DNA of 32,000 nt from Candidatus Electronema halotolerans (GTDB taxonomy: Bacteria > Desulfobacterota > Desulfobulbia > Desulfobulbales > Desulfobulbaceae). Below are positions 6,745 through 14,924 of this stretch, one piece after another; within the stretch, counting starts at the first letter, position 1, and every line of letters begins with the position of its first letter. The notes beneath the pieces were generated by a model. That model was not told where the DNA came from. It saw only the letters and a list, made by a program, of their open reading frames with translations, and searched no databases. The position numbers and the translations under genes are program-made. The DNA lies in NCBI GenBank assembly GCA_942493095.1, contig OW818675.1, positions 30,001 through 62,000 of the forward strand, written 5' to 3'.

Positions 6745-9505
6745 GGCTGCTCTCTATCCTCATCCGTTTCCAGCGATTTTCAAAGGCTTTCCTTCCCCCT
6801 TCCATGATGTCGCAAATTGCCTTGCGGATATCCGGCTCATCCATCCCGCCCCGATGGTCAATCTGCACCTGGCCTTTGATGAATTGCAGCACATGGACCA
6901 ACTCGGCATCGCCGTTGACGACAATATTTGGATTGTGCGTGACAATAACAAGTTGCCGCCGCTCTTTGTTTGTATGAATCTGCGTGACAATAAGTTCAGA
7001 AATCAGCGCATTGTCTAAATCATCTTCCGGCTGATCAATAATCAGCGGTTCATTGCCGTGACTGAGCAGAAAGGCTAATATCGCCGATGCCTTTTGACCG
7101 GCAGAACCTTTTTCCAAATTATCAAATTTTTTGTCTCTGGAGTACTGCACCCGCAGCAGGTCTTTCGGCCACCATGCGTCAAGCTGATCAAAGATAGTCG
7201 GCTGATTTTGCAACAGCTCTTTAAGTCTGTTGCAAAATTTTCCATGACATGAGGAATCGTTACCTTCAGCAATGGCGCGAGTTCTGTCTTTGATTTCCTG
7301 AACAAGCTGAGGCAGCTCAGATTCTTGATGAGTTTCCTGCCAGTTTCGCAGGCTGTGCAGAATGCCGCCGTTTTCGTCGAGCACAGAACTGTCATGATTG
7401 TTGACAATATTAAGCAACGTCCGATATTCTTCTTCCAAGCTGCCAACGTCACCGAACTGAACCAAGTTTATGCGAACATACTTGTTGTTTCCAATAACTT
7501 TCTTGATAAATTCTTTTCTCCGTTCAAGCAAGTCATTCAGCATGGCAAAAAGAGAATTCCATTTTTCCTCGGCCTGTCGTTCAACTTGCTCTTTTTCTTT
7601 TTTTATGGAAACTAATTGATCCAGCTTGCGCTGTAAACTGTTCTTTTCCTGTACCCATTTGCCGTAATCAGACAGACTGCTGTTCTTTGCTTCATACTCT
7701 TTTCGCAGTTCTTCAAATGCAGCCATGCTTTCCTGCACAGCCTGCTGCCACTTGCTGGCAGCAATGGCATCCTGCCGTCTCTTTTTTAAGGAATCAACCT
7801 GTTCCGCCAGTTTGCCGAGGGTTTCGGCGATTGTTCCCAGTTCTTGCGCGGCTTGCTCATGAATGTCCCGCAACTCCGCAGCGCCAGCGGCCTGCTCATC
7901 AAACAAGTGCGCCGGAAAATCAGACATCTCCGCGATTTCTGCAATCTTTTTGATACTGGAGGAAAGATCATCAAAAACTTGGCCGCCCGGCAAACCATTT
8001 TTCTGCTGAATGCACTTCTGGTACTGCTTTAAGATTGCGCCATGCCCTTTTTCCTCATACTGCCGCAGGTCGCTTGTAACATCTTTCAGTTTTGCAAGCA
8101 ACTGCGGTTCTTCAGCAAGCTGCCGATCAAAAGCTCTCTTTTGTTCTCGAAGCTGAAGAAAATCACTTTTCACCCTCTCCCATTCAGATTCCCATACTGA
8201 ATGGTTTACGTCAGGTGTTCTGTCTATAATATCAAGCAGCCCATCTGAATTTGCTGCCAGCTCCTCAATTTGTTTCTGACTGTAAATGCTGAGAGGAAAA
8301 CGCTCAGATAGATCGCCCGGCTCAGTTTCCTGCCAACCGTCGTCGTTCTGCTCTTCTAAAACTGCCCCTTGTCCCTTAAATTGCCAACGCAGGCGGAAAT
8401 TCTTGCCGCGCCGATGCAGTTTAAGAAGAATTTCGGTGTCTTCCAGCATGACACCTTTCTTAGCCTGTAGGTCCTTGAACGTTTCTAACTTCTTTTTGAT
8501 CTCTGACTTATTGTCAAAATTCTGATCTCGCTGCGCAGCAATGCGGATGGATTCAAGAACCGTTGATTTTCCCGTTCCTCTGCTGCCAATGATGGCGTTG
8601 AAATACGGATGCAATTCCATGACAAATGGTTTATCTTTAACTCTCCCGCAGTGGCTCATATTTTTGATGGTCAGTTTTGACAAAAACAGATCAGGCAGGC
8701 AGTTCGGGTCTTCAATTTTATCTTCTTTCACATAATGCTGATGATCATCCACCATCAAAGCCAGCCGCAGACCTTCTATGTTTGGCTTGCTCATCTTCAA
8801 CCAGCTGAAGTGCTTTCCTATCTCATCAGGTTTGTGCGCATCGGAGCCACCCAGTTTGGCAAGGCGGTCAACCGCCTTTTGCAGCTCAGGTGTTGCTTGA
8901 GCGAAAAATTTTTCATAATTGCAGAACTCTGCGGCAACAATTGACTGCAAACTTTTTTCCAGTTCTTGAGTCAGCGAGCTTGCATTTTCCAACAAACCTT
9001 TTGCTTTTGCGCCGTCAATATGAGCAGCAATGGCGATTCCGCCTGCTTCTTTGATTTTTTTTACAGTTTTACAGAAGCCAATATGTGTTGCTGTCTGCTC
9101 GTCGTCACCAAATCCAGAAGTGATTTCGCATGACCCTAAAACACTTGTGATTGTGTCGCTGCCGCAACTCGGATCAAAAACTGCCAGCAGATGAACTCGG
9201 CTTCTGTTCCCGCCAACGGTGATTTCAACGCCGGGGAAGATTGTCAATTTCTGGAACCATTCCGGCCTGTTTTCCTGCTCCTGAAGTTCCTTGTTCTTTG
9301 CTTTCAAACGATCAATCCAGCCGCCTGAATTGTGGTCACTCAGCACCACGCAGTCAAGGCCAGCTTCCATAGCCTTCTGAAGCCATGCTTCCGGTTCAAT
9401 ATTTTTGAGAAAAAGATTTTCTCGGCCATAATCTTTCGATGCTGGCGAATGGGTATGGAAATCAATCTTCCACCATCTGCTACCCGGAAAAGTCTCGCTG
9501 CTCAT
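6737..9505 (-). CDS. PHP-domain phosphoesterase fused to a Rad50/SbcC/RecN-like ABC (SMC-type) ATPase, about 922 aa
   Basis: PHP motifs are DFHTHS, SDHN, GVE, AAHIDG and GSDAH. The ATPase part has Walker A GSRGTGKST, a long helical Glu/Lys/Gln-rich insert, ABC signature GSAGQKA, Walker B LIIDQPEDDLD and H-loop VTHNPN. The ATG at 9505 has GGGGAG 7 nt upstream; an alternative ATG is at 9523. Confidence 0.8.
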   Translation of the reverse strand: MSSETFPGSRWWKIDFHTHSPASKDYGRENLFLKNIEPEAWLQKAMEAGLDCVVLSDHNSGGWIDRLKAKNKELQEQENRPEWFQKLTIFPGVEITVGGNRSRVHLLAVFDPSCGSDTITSVLGSCEITSGFGDDEQTATHIGFCKTVKKIKEAGGIAIAAHIDGAKAKGLLENASSLTQELEKSLQSIVAAEFCNYEKFFAQATPELQKAVDRLAKLGGSDAHKPDEIGKHFSWLKMSKPNIEGLRLALMVDDHQHYVKEDKIEDPNCLPDLFLSKLTIKNMSHCGRVKDKPFVMELHPYFNAIIGSRGTGKSTVLESIRIAAQRDQNFDNKSEIKKKLETFKDLQAKKGVMLEDTEILLKLHRRGKNFRLRWQFKGQGAVLEEQNDDGWQETEPGDLSERFPLSIYSQKQIEELAANSDGLLDIIDRTPDVNHSVWESEWERVKSDFLQLREQKRAFDRQLAEEPQLLAKLKDVTSDLRQYEEKGHGAILKQYQKCIQQKNGLPGGQVFDDLSSSIKKIAEIAEMSDFPAHLFDEQAAGAAELRDIHEQAAQELGTIAETLGKLAEQVDSLKKRRQDAIAASKWQQAVQESMAAFEELRKEYEAKNSSLSDYGKWVQEKNSLQRKLDQLVSIKKEKEQVERQAEEKWNSLFAMLNDLLERRKEFIKKVIGNNKYVRINLVQFGDVGSLEEEYRTLLNIVNNHDSSVLDENGGILHSLRNWQETHQESELPQLVQEIKDRTRAIAEGNDSSCHGKFCNRLKELLQNQPTIFDQLDAWWPKDLLRVQYSRDKKFDNLEKGSAGQKASAILAFLLSHGNEPLIIDQPEDDLDNALISELIVTQIHTNKERRQLVIVTHNPNIVVNGDAELVHVLQFIKGQVQIDHRGGMDEPDIRKAICDIMEGGRKAFENRWKRMRIESSHV

Positions 9506-9556
9506 ACGGCAACTCCCCTGCATTGCTGAAAAGAGATAGATTTTGCTTGGCGCAGA

Positions 9557-9585
9557 ATTCTACCACCTCTGCCCGGCTGACGCAA
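9557..9585 (-). promoter_or_regulatory. Putative sigma70-type promoter for the PHP-ATPase/AlbA_2 cassette
   Basis: The minus strand reads TTGCGT, a 17-nt spacer, then TAGAAT preceded by TGG (extended -10 like). It lies between the dnaK terminator and the cassette start. Confidence 0.4.
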
Positions 9586-9599
9586 CACAGGGCAGAGAC

Positions 9600-9631
9600 A
9601 AAAAAAGGGAGAGCAGCTTGCCTGCCCTCCC
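9600..9631 (-). terminator. Rho-independent terminator of dnaK
   Basis: The minus strand reads GGGAGGGCAG-gcaag-CTGCTCTCCC followed by TTTTTTT. The stem is 10 bp with one mismatch, about 35 nt after the dnaK stop. Confidence 0.7.
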
Positions 9632-9665
9632 CTTGCTCATCCTTTGCTGCTGTGGAGTGAAAGCC

Positions 9666-11582
9666 TTACTTCACTTCCTCGAAGTCAGCATCCACAACAT
9701 CATCATCATCTTTCTTGCCGCCGCTGGAAGTTCCGCCTGTCGCGCCTGCCCCTGCATCAGCACCGGGCGCACCCTGCGAAGCCTGCGCATACATCAGCTC
9801 GGCCAGCTTGTGGGAAGCATTGGTCAGGGATTCAGTCGCGGCCTTAATTGCCTCCGCGTCATCACCCTCCAAGGCCTTTTTCACCTTCTCAATTTCCTGC
9901 TCCACCGTGCTCTTGGTCGCAGCATCAACCTTGTCGCCCAAGTCCTTGAGGCTCTTCTCAGCCATGTGAATCATCGAATCCGCATGGTTGCGGGCCTCGA
10001 CCAGCTCCTTGCGCTTCTTGTCCTCGTCGGCATGAAGTTCCGCATCCTTTTTCATCTGCTCAATCTCAGCCTCGCTCAGGCCGGAGGAAGCGGTGATACG
10101 GATCGACTGCTCCTTGCCTGTGCCCATGTCTTTGGCCGAGACATGAAGAATGCCGTTCGCATCCAAGTCAAAGGTGACTTCGATCTGCGGCACGCCACGC
10201 GGCGCAGGCGGAATCTCGGATAGCTCAAAGCGGCCAATGGTCTTGTTGTTTGAGGCCATCTCGCGTTCGCCTTGGAGAACGTGGATGGAGACCGCAGGCT
10301 GATTGTCCGCAGCTGTGGAGAAGATTTGGCTTTTCTTGGTCGGCACTGTGGTGTTCTTCTCAATCAGCTTGGTCATGACCCCGCCCAAGGTCTCAATGCC
10401 CAGAGACAGCGGCGTGACATCGAGCAGAAGCACATCCTTGACATCGCCCTTGAGCACGCCGCCCTGAATTGCCGCGCCCACGGCCACGACCTCGTCCGGG
10501 TTCACGCCTTTGTGCGGATCTTTGCCGAAGATTTGTTTGACTTTTTCCTGCACCTTGGGCATCCGGGTCATGCCGCCGACCAGAATCACCTCGTCGATCT
10601 TGGACGGGTCAAGTCCGGCATCTTTGAGCGCAGTGCGGCACGGGCCTTCGCAGCGGTCGATCAGGTCAGCAACCAAGGCTTCCAGTTTGGCGCGGGAGAG
10701 CTTGATGTTCAGATGCTTTGGCCCAGTCGCATCCGCAGTGATGAAGGGCAGATTGATGTCGGTCTCCTTGGACGAGGACAGCTCTTTCTTGGCCTTTTCC
10801 GCCTCTTCCTTGAGCCGCTGGAGAGCCATCTTGTCATTGCGCAGATCAATGCCGTTCTCGCGCTTGAACTCGTCCGCCAGCCAGTTGACAATGCGCATGT
10901 CAAAGTCTTCGCCGCCAAGGAAGGTGTCGCCGTTGGTGGATTTGACCTCAAACACGCCGTCGCCGATCTCCAGAATGGACACGTCAAAGGTGCCGCCGCC
11001 CAAGTCAAAGACTGCCACTTTCTCCTCGCCCTTCTTGTCAAGACCATAAGCAAGAGCGGCGGCGGTCGGCTCATTGATGATCCGCTGCACATTCAGACCA
11101 GCAATCTTGCCTGCGTCCTTGGTGGCCTGCCGCTGCGCGTCGTTGAAATAGGCTGGCACGGTCACGACCGCATCAGTGACAGTCTCGCCAAGATATTCCT
11201 CAGCCGTCTTCTTCATCTTGCCAAGAATCATGGCGGAAATCTCAGCGGCAGAATAGCTCTTGCCCTCCGCCTCCACCACGGCATCGCCGTTCGAGGCTTG
11301 GGTGATCGTGAACGGACTCAGCTCAATCGATTTCTTGACTTCCGGGTCAGTGAACTTGCGCCCGATCAGCCGCTTGATGGCGAACAGGGTCTTGGTTGGA
11401 TTAGTGACTGCTTGCCGCTTGGCAACCTGCCCGACCAGCCGCTCGCCGCTGTCGGAAAAAGCGACAATGGACGGGGTGGTGCGGTTGCCTTCGCTGTTTT
11501 CGATAACCTTGGGGTCGCCCCCTTCCATGATGGCCACGCACGAATTGGTGGTGCCAAGGTCAATGCCGATGATCTTACCCAT
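9666..11582 (-). CDS. dnaK: Molecular chaperone DnaK (Hsp70)
   Basis: [17 protein letters not shown]...[10 protein letters not shown]...[11 protein letters not shown] and a C-terminal EEVK tail. RBS AAGGAG lies upstream. Confidence 0.98.
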   Translation of the reverse strand: MGKIIGIDLGTTNSCVAIMEGGDPKVIENSEGNRTTPSIVAFSDSGERLVGQVAKRQAVTNPTKTLFAIKRLIGRKFTDPEVKKSIELSPFTITQASNGDAVVEAEGKSYSAAEISAMILGKMKKTAEEYLGETVTDAVVTVPAYFNDAQRQATKDAGKIAGLNVQRIINEPTAAALAYGLDKKGEEKVAVFDLGGGTFDVSILEIGDGVFEVKSTNGDTFLGGEDFDMRIVNWLADEFKRENGIDLRNDKMALQRLKEEAEKAKKELSSSKETDINLPFITADATGPKHLNIKLSRAKLEALVADLIDRCEGPCRTALKDAGLDPSKIDEVILVGGMTRMPKVQEKVKQIFGKDPHKGVNPDEVVAVGAAIQGGVLKGDVKDVLLLDVTPLSLGIETLGGVMTKLIEKNTTVPTKKSQIFSTAADNQPAVSIHVLQGEREMASNNKTIGRFELSEIPPAPRGVPQIEVTFDLDANGILHVSAKDMGTGKEQSIRITASSGLSEAEIEQMKKDAELHADEDKKRKELVEARNHADSMIHMAEKSLKDLGDKVDAATKSTVEQEIEKVKKALEGDDAEAIKAATESLTNASHKLAELMYAQASQGAPGADAGAGATGGTSSGGKKDDDDVVDADFEEVK

Positions 11583-11688
11583 GATATATCTCCTTAAATT
11601 GGTTGTCGTGCATAATGATTCAATGCTGCGCCGCCGTTATAAACAATGCGCATAAAAACGGCCTTGTCAAGAGGATTTGCTGCGCAGT

Positions 11689-12309
11689 TTATTCTTTTTT
11701 GGCCGGGCCGCTTGACACCACCACTTGCGCATGACGGAGCATCCGGTCTTTGAACAGATAGCCCTTGGCAAACTCGCGCAGCACATGGTTAGCCGGAATC
11801 TCTTCGCTGACCTCCATAGTCAGGGCATCCATCTGCTCGGCATCAAAAGGCTGGCCCACAGAATCCAAGGCAGTCACTTCAAAACGTTCCAACATGGTTT
11901 CCAAGCCTTTCTTGGTCAGCTCGACACCAGTCATCAAGGCGGCCAGCTTCTGCTCCGGGTCGCCGCCCTCCACACTGCCCTGCTCCAAGGCGCGGTCAAG
12001 ATTGTCCGCAGTGGTCAGCAGCTCGCGGAGAATGTTCTCGCCCGCATACTTGCGCAGCTTCTCCTGTTCGCGCTCCATGCGCTTCTTGGAGTTCTCCGCC
12101 TCAGCGGCAAAACGGACCGTCTGATCCAGCTTGGCGCGCAACTCCTCCACTTCCTGCGTCAACGCCTCAATCTCCGACTTCTGCTCCTCAGCCGCCTCTT
12201 CCGGCTCCAACTGCGCTACAGGGGCAGCCGCAGCTTCTGCGGCCTGCTGCTCCTGCACATCCTCTGCTGCCATCTCGTTCTCATTCTCAAGAATTTTTTC
12301 TTCAGCCAC
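11689..12309 (-). CDS. grpE: Nucleotide exchange factor GrpE
   Basis: Acidic N-terminus, coiled coil, and a C-terminal GrpE signature (FDAEQMDALTMEV...VLREFAKGYLFKDRMLRHAQVVVS). The GTG at 12309 follows GAGGGAGAAG; the longer ORF to 12387 is unlikely. Confidence 0.9.
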   Translation of the reverse strand: MAEEKILENENEMAAEDVQEQQAAEAAAAPVAQLEPEEAAEEQKSEIEALTQEVEELRAKLDQTVRFAAEAENSKKRMEREQEKLRKYAGENILRELLTTADNLDRALEQGSVEGGDPEQKLAALMTGVELTKKGLETMLERFEVTALDSVGQPFDAEQMDALTMEVSEEIPANHVLREFAKGYLFKDRMLRHAQVVVSSGPAKKE

Positions 12310-12371
12310 GTATCTTCTCCCTCGTCTGAGCGGTTTCCGTACAATGAACAAAAACTGAATCTGTGGGGGCA

Positions 12372-12400
12372 ACAGTAAGTATGTCACCTGCCGGTGTCAA
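12372..12400 (-). promoter_or_regulatory. Putative sigma70-like promoter upstream of grpE
   Basis: The minus strand reads TTGACA, a 17-nt spacer, then TACTGT. No CIRCE inverted repeat was seen. Confidence 0.35.
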
Positions 12401-12463
12401 GGGCGGAATGCAGCAGGAAGACGTTGCCGGGCAGGCGGAAAACCGGGTACAAAGAAGACAACG

Positions 12464-13648
12464 ATGTTTCCTTCACGTTGTTGCGAGCTGATCATGAAAA
12501 CCTACTTCGCCTCTCCTGAGCGGGCTGCCGAGCAAGAGCTGGCCGCAGCCGTTGCTTTTGCCAGCAAAAATCCAATCATAAGCGGCCTGCTCTCCTCAGT
12601 CGGCGGCTTGCTGGCGGTTTTGGATGAGCACCGCCAGATTGTCGCCCTCAATGATGAATTCCTGCAAATGCTGGGCGTTGCTGATCCTGCCGCAGTGCTG
12701 GGACTGCGTCCGGGCGAGGCCCTGCACTGCATTCATGCGCATGAGGAGCCGGGCGGCTGCGGCACCTCCAAATTCTGCTCCAGCTGCGGCGCGGCCATCG
12801 CCATTGTCTCCAGTCTGGCCGAGGACGCGCCCAAGGAACGGCTCTGCGCGCTCTCAGCCATGCCGGGTGACAAGGTCATGGATGCGGCCCTCTTGGTCAG
12901 AGCGCGGCCCTTCCACATTGAGGGGCAACGCTTTCTCCTCCTCTTTGTTCAGGATGTGACCAAGCAGGAGCAGCGGGCCGCCTTGGAGCGCAGCTTTTTT
13001 TACGACATCAATAACATGCTCGGCCTGCTGGCCGGAACTGCCGAGCTGCTGGCTCAGGACGGCGGCCAGCACCCCGGCCTGAGCGAGACCCTGCACCGCA
13101 CCTCCATGCGCCTGGCCAAAGAGGTGGCCGTGCATCGCTGCCTGCTGCAGGAGCAGGGCGAAATTATTCAGCCCATGCTGACAGATGTGAGCGTGCAAGC
13201 CGTCTGCGATGAACTGCGCTCATTTTTCGCCAGTCACATCGTGGTCTGTCAGCAGAAGATCACCTTTCCTGAGCAAGTGCCGGAGCTGGTTCTGCGCACA
13301 GACCCGTCCCTGCTCCTGCGGGTGCTCTGCACCATGATCACCAATGCTTTGGAAGCCTCGATTGCCGGGCCGGAAAAACAGGTGCGGGTCTGGCTGGAGC
13401 AGACAGCGGACCAACTTGTCTTCTGCGTTTGGAATGCGCAGGTCATTCCCCCGGAGACGGCCTGTAGGATATATCAGCTCTATTTCAGCACCAAGGGCGA
13501 GCCGGGCCGGGGCATTGGCACCTATTCCATGAAGCTGATCGGCGAAAAAATTCTGGGCGGCAAAGTGAGCTTCTCCAGCTCTGAAGCAGAGGGCACGGTT
13601 TTCCGTTTCGCGGTGCCGAAAATGTCGGCGGGCGGGATAATCGTCTGA
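12464..13648 (+). CDS. Sensor kinase-like protein: Cys/His-cluster sensor domain plus HATPase_c catalytic domain
   Basis: The C-terminal G-boxes (GRGIGTYSMKLIGEKILGG...SSSEAEGTVFRFAVP) and N-box region (MITNALEAS) indicate a GHKL kinase domain. The N-terminal domain carries HCIHAHEEPGGCGTSKFCSSCG. An alternative start is at 12494 (MKTYFASPERA). Confidence 0.7.
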   Translation: MFPSRCCELIMKTYFASPERAAEQELAAAVAFASKNPIISGLLSSVGGLLAVLDEHRQIVALNDEFLQMLGVADPAAVLGLRPGEALHCIHAHEEPGGCGTSKFCSSCGAAIAIVSSLAEDAPKERLCALSAMPGDKVMDAALLVRARPFHIEGQRFLLLFVQDVTKQEQRAALERSFFYDINNMLGLLAGTAELLAQDGGQHPGLSETLHRTSMRLAKEVAVHRCLLQEQGEIIQPMLTDVSVQAVCDELRSFFASHIVVCQQKITFPEQVPELVLRTDPSLLLRVLCTMITNALEASIAGPEKQVRVWLEQTADQLVFCVWNAQVIPPETACRIYQLYFSTKGEPGRGIGTYSMKLIGEKILGGKVSFSSSEAEGTVFRFAVPKMSAGGIIV

Positions 13649-13889
13649 CATTCAAATCATTATGAAGACAGGCGGTGCGGCTGCAGGCCCTGACGGCTTT
13701 TTTGCCTCCTATGTCACCGCCCAAGTTCAAAAATTTGAAAAATGCGGCTCGACCGCAATTTTGCCTTGCGAAATCAATGAAGAAACTATATTATTCCAGA
13801 GTGGGAATTATTTAATCATTCCTGCCGCAGCAAATTTTTTTGACCGGCGGCAGGCAAACGGAAAGAAAGAAGAATGGAGGACAGAAACG

Positions 13890-14864
13890 ATGAAGCTTAA
13901 AGTGCTGCTGCAAGCTGCTGTGCTGCTGGTCTTCTCTGTGTGCGCCGCACAGGCAATCACAGTGACCAATGTGGGGCGCAATCCCTTTTATCAGCCGCCG
14001 CTCAATTCAGTCAATGATCTGCACTACATGATGCAGGATGCGCGGGGAGACATCAGAGACGGCCTCTATCAGGCAGGCTATCCTGAACTGTATCAGCCCT
14101 TGATGGCCCAGTTCAATCAAGCTGATGTCAGACAGGTCAATTACATGCCTGGCCAGACTTTTGTCTGGATGCTCTCCAAAGACAGGAGATACAGCGCAGT
14201 CAGGGTCGTGCAGGACATGACTTGGGGCGGCTCAAGACGGCTGCCCGCCTATGAGTTCTGCGTCTATAAAGATGGGATGCGCTATGTTTTTGCCGTGCCT
14301 TTGGTCTGCGGCAACTTGGCCCTCAAGGAAATCACTCCTATTGACAGAGGCGGCAAAATAGGCGGCGGCAAAATGGGCGGCTGCTTCGGCTTTGGCCTTG
14401 GCTGCATGCCGCTGCGCTTTGTTGCTGATGCCGGTTATCTGCACATGTCTGATCCGGCTGACTTTCTCCTGCTCCGGGCAGGCATTGAGTCGCCCATCAA
14501 CAACAGACTGTCCCTGCTGGCCATGGTCGGCGGCGCGCCGCATCTGTCCGGCGTGGATGGCACAGATGCCTTCCTGGTGGATTTCCTGCTCCAGTACGAC
14601 TGGTTCCGCTTCATGCTCGGCAACCAGTGGTCAGATGCCTTTGTCGGCGTGGGCGTGGGCGGCTGGATCAGCACCGACGGCGACGATGACTTGGAGGATC
14701 AGGACACGGATGTGGATATCATCGCCAACATTGGTGCCCGCATTGCCGGACAGCCGGACGGCTTCAACACCTCGCTCTTTTTCGAGGCCCGCAGCGGCGT
14801 GGATGAATTTGACAGCTTGGGTGAGTACGGACGATTTGGCGCAGGTCTGCGCTTCCGTTTCTAA
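13890..14864 (+). CDS. Secreted/outer-membrane protein of unknown function (signal peptide, C-terminal beta-barrel-like region ending in F)
   Basis: The ATG at 13890 follows GGAGGA. The signal peptide is MKLKVLLQAAVLLVFSVCAAQA. A Gly-rich linker (GGKIGGGKMGGCFGFGLG) is present. The terminal GAGLRFRF is typical of OMP C-termini. Confidence 0.6.
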   Translation: MKLKVLLQAAVLLVFSVCAAQAITVTNVGRNPFYQPPLNSVNDLHYMMQDARGDIRDGLYQAGYPELYQPLMAQFNQADVRQVNYMPGQTFVWMLSKDRRYSAVRVVQDMTWGGSRRLPAYEFCVYKDGMRYVFAVPLVCGNLALKEITPIDRGGKIGGGKMGGCFGFGLGCMPLRFVADAGYLHMSDPADFLLLRAGIESPINNRLSLLAMVGGAPHLSGVDGTDAFLVDFLLQYDWFRFMLGNQWSDAFVGVGVGGWISTDGDDDLEDQDTDVDIIANIGARIAGQPDGFNTSLFFEARSGVDEFDSLGEYGRFGAGLRFRF

Positions 14865-14876
14865 GCTGAAGAAAAA

Positions 14877-14903
14877 TTCATGCGCCTGAACACGGCGCAT
14901 GAA
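14877..14903. terminator. Hairpin between convergent genes; functions best as a terminator for the minus-strand acyltransferase gene
   Basis: TTCATGCGCC-tgaacac-GGCGCATGAA is a perfect 10-bp stem. An A5 tract on the plus-strand 5' side gives a T tract after the stem on the minus strand. Confidence 0.55.
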
Positions 14904-14924
14904 TGAACCGGGCGGCAGATTCAG

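Noticed and set aside
10272-11597. 441-aa plus-strand ORF, with others at 9543-10223 and 10510-11049, opposite dnaK
   Set aside because: These are shadow ORFs antisense to an unmistakable dnaK. The translations are Arg/Gly/Leu/Ala-rich low-information sequence with no RBS.
11725-12378. 217-aa plus-strand ORF opposite grpE
   Set aside because: It is antisense to grpE, has a repetitive Leu/Gln/Arg composition, and has no independent signals.
12310-12463. CIRCE/HrcA operator or sigma32 promoter upstream of grpE
   Set aside because: There is no TTAGCACTC-N9-GAGTGCTAA-like inverted repeat. A CTTGA...CCCCCAC pair exists, but it is spaced ~26 nt apart, too far for a sigma32 promoter.
13726-13739. 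TTCAAA-AA-TTTGAA palindrome upstream of the OMP gene as a regulator binding site
   Set aside because: It is only a 6-bp half-site palindrome in an AT-rich spacer, it occurs once, and it matches no motif I can name.
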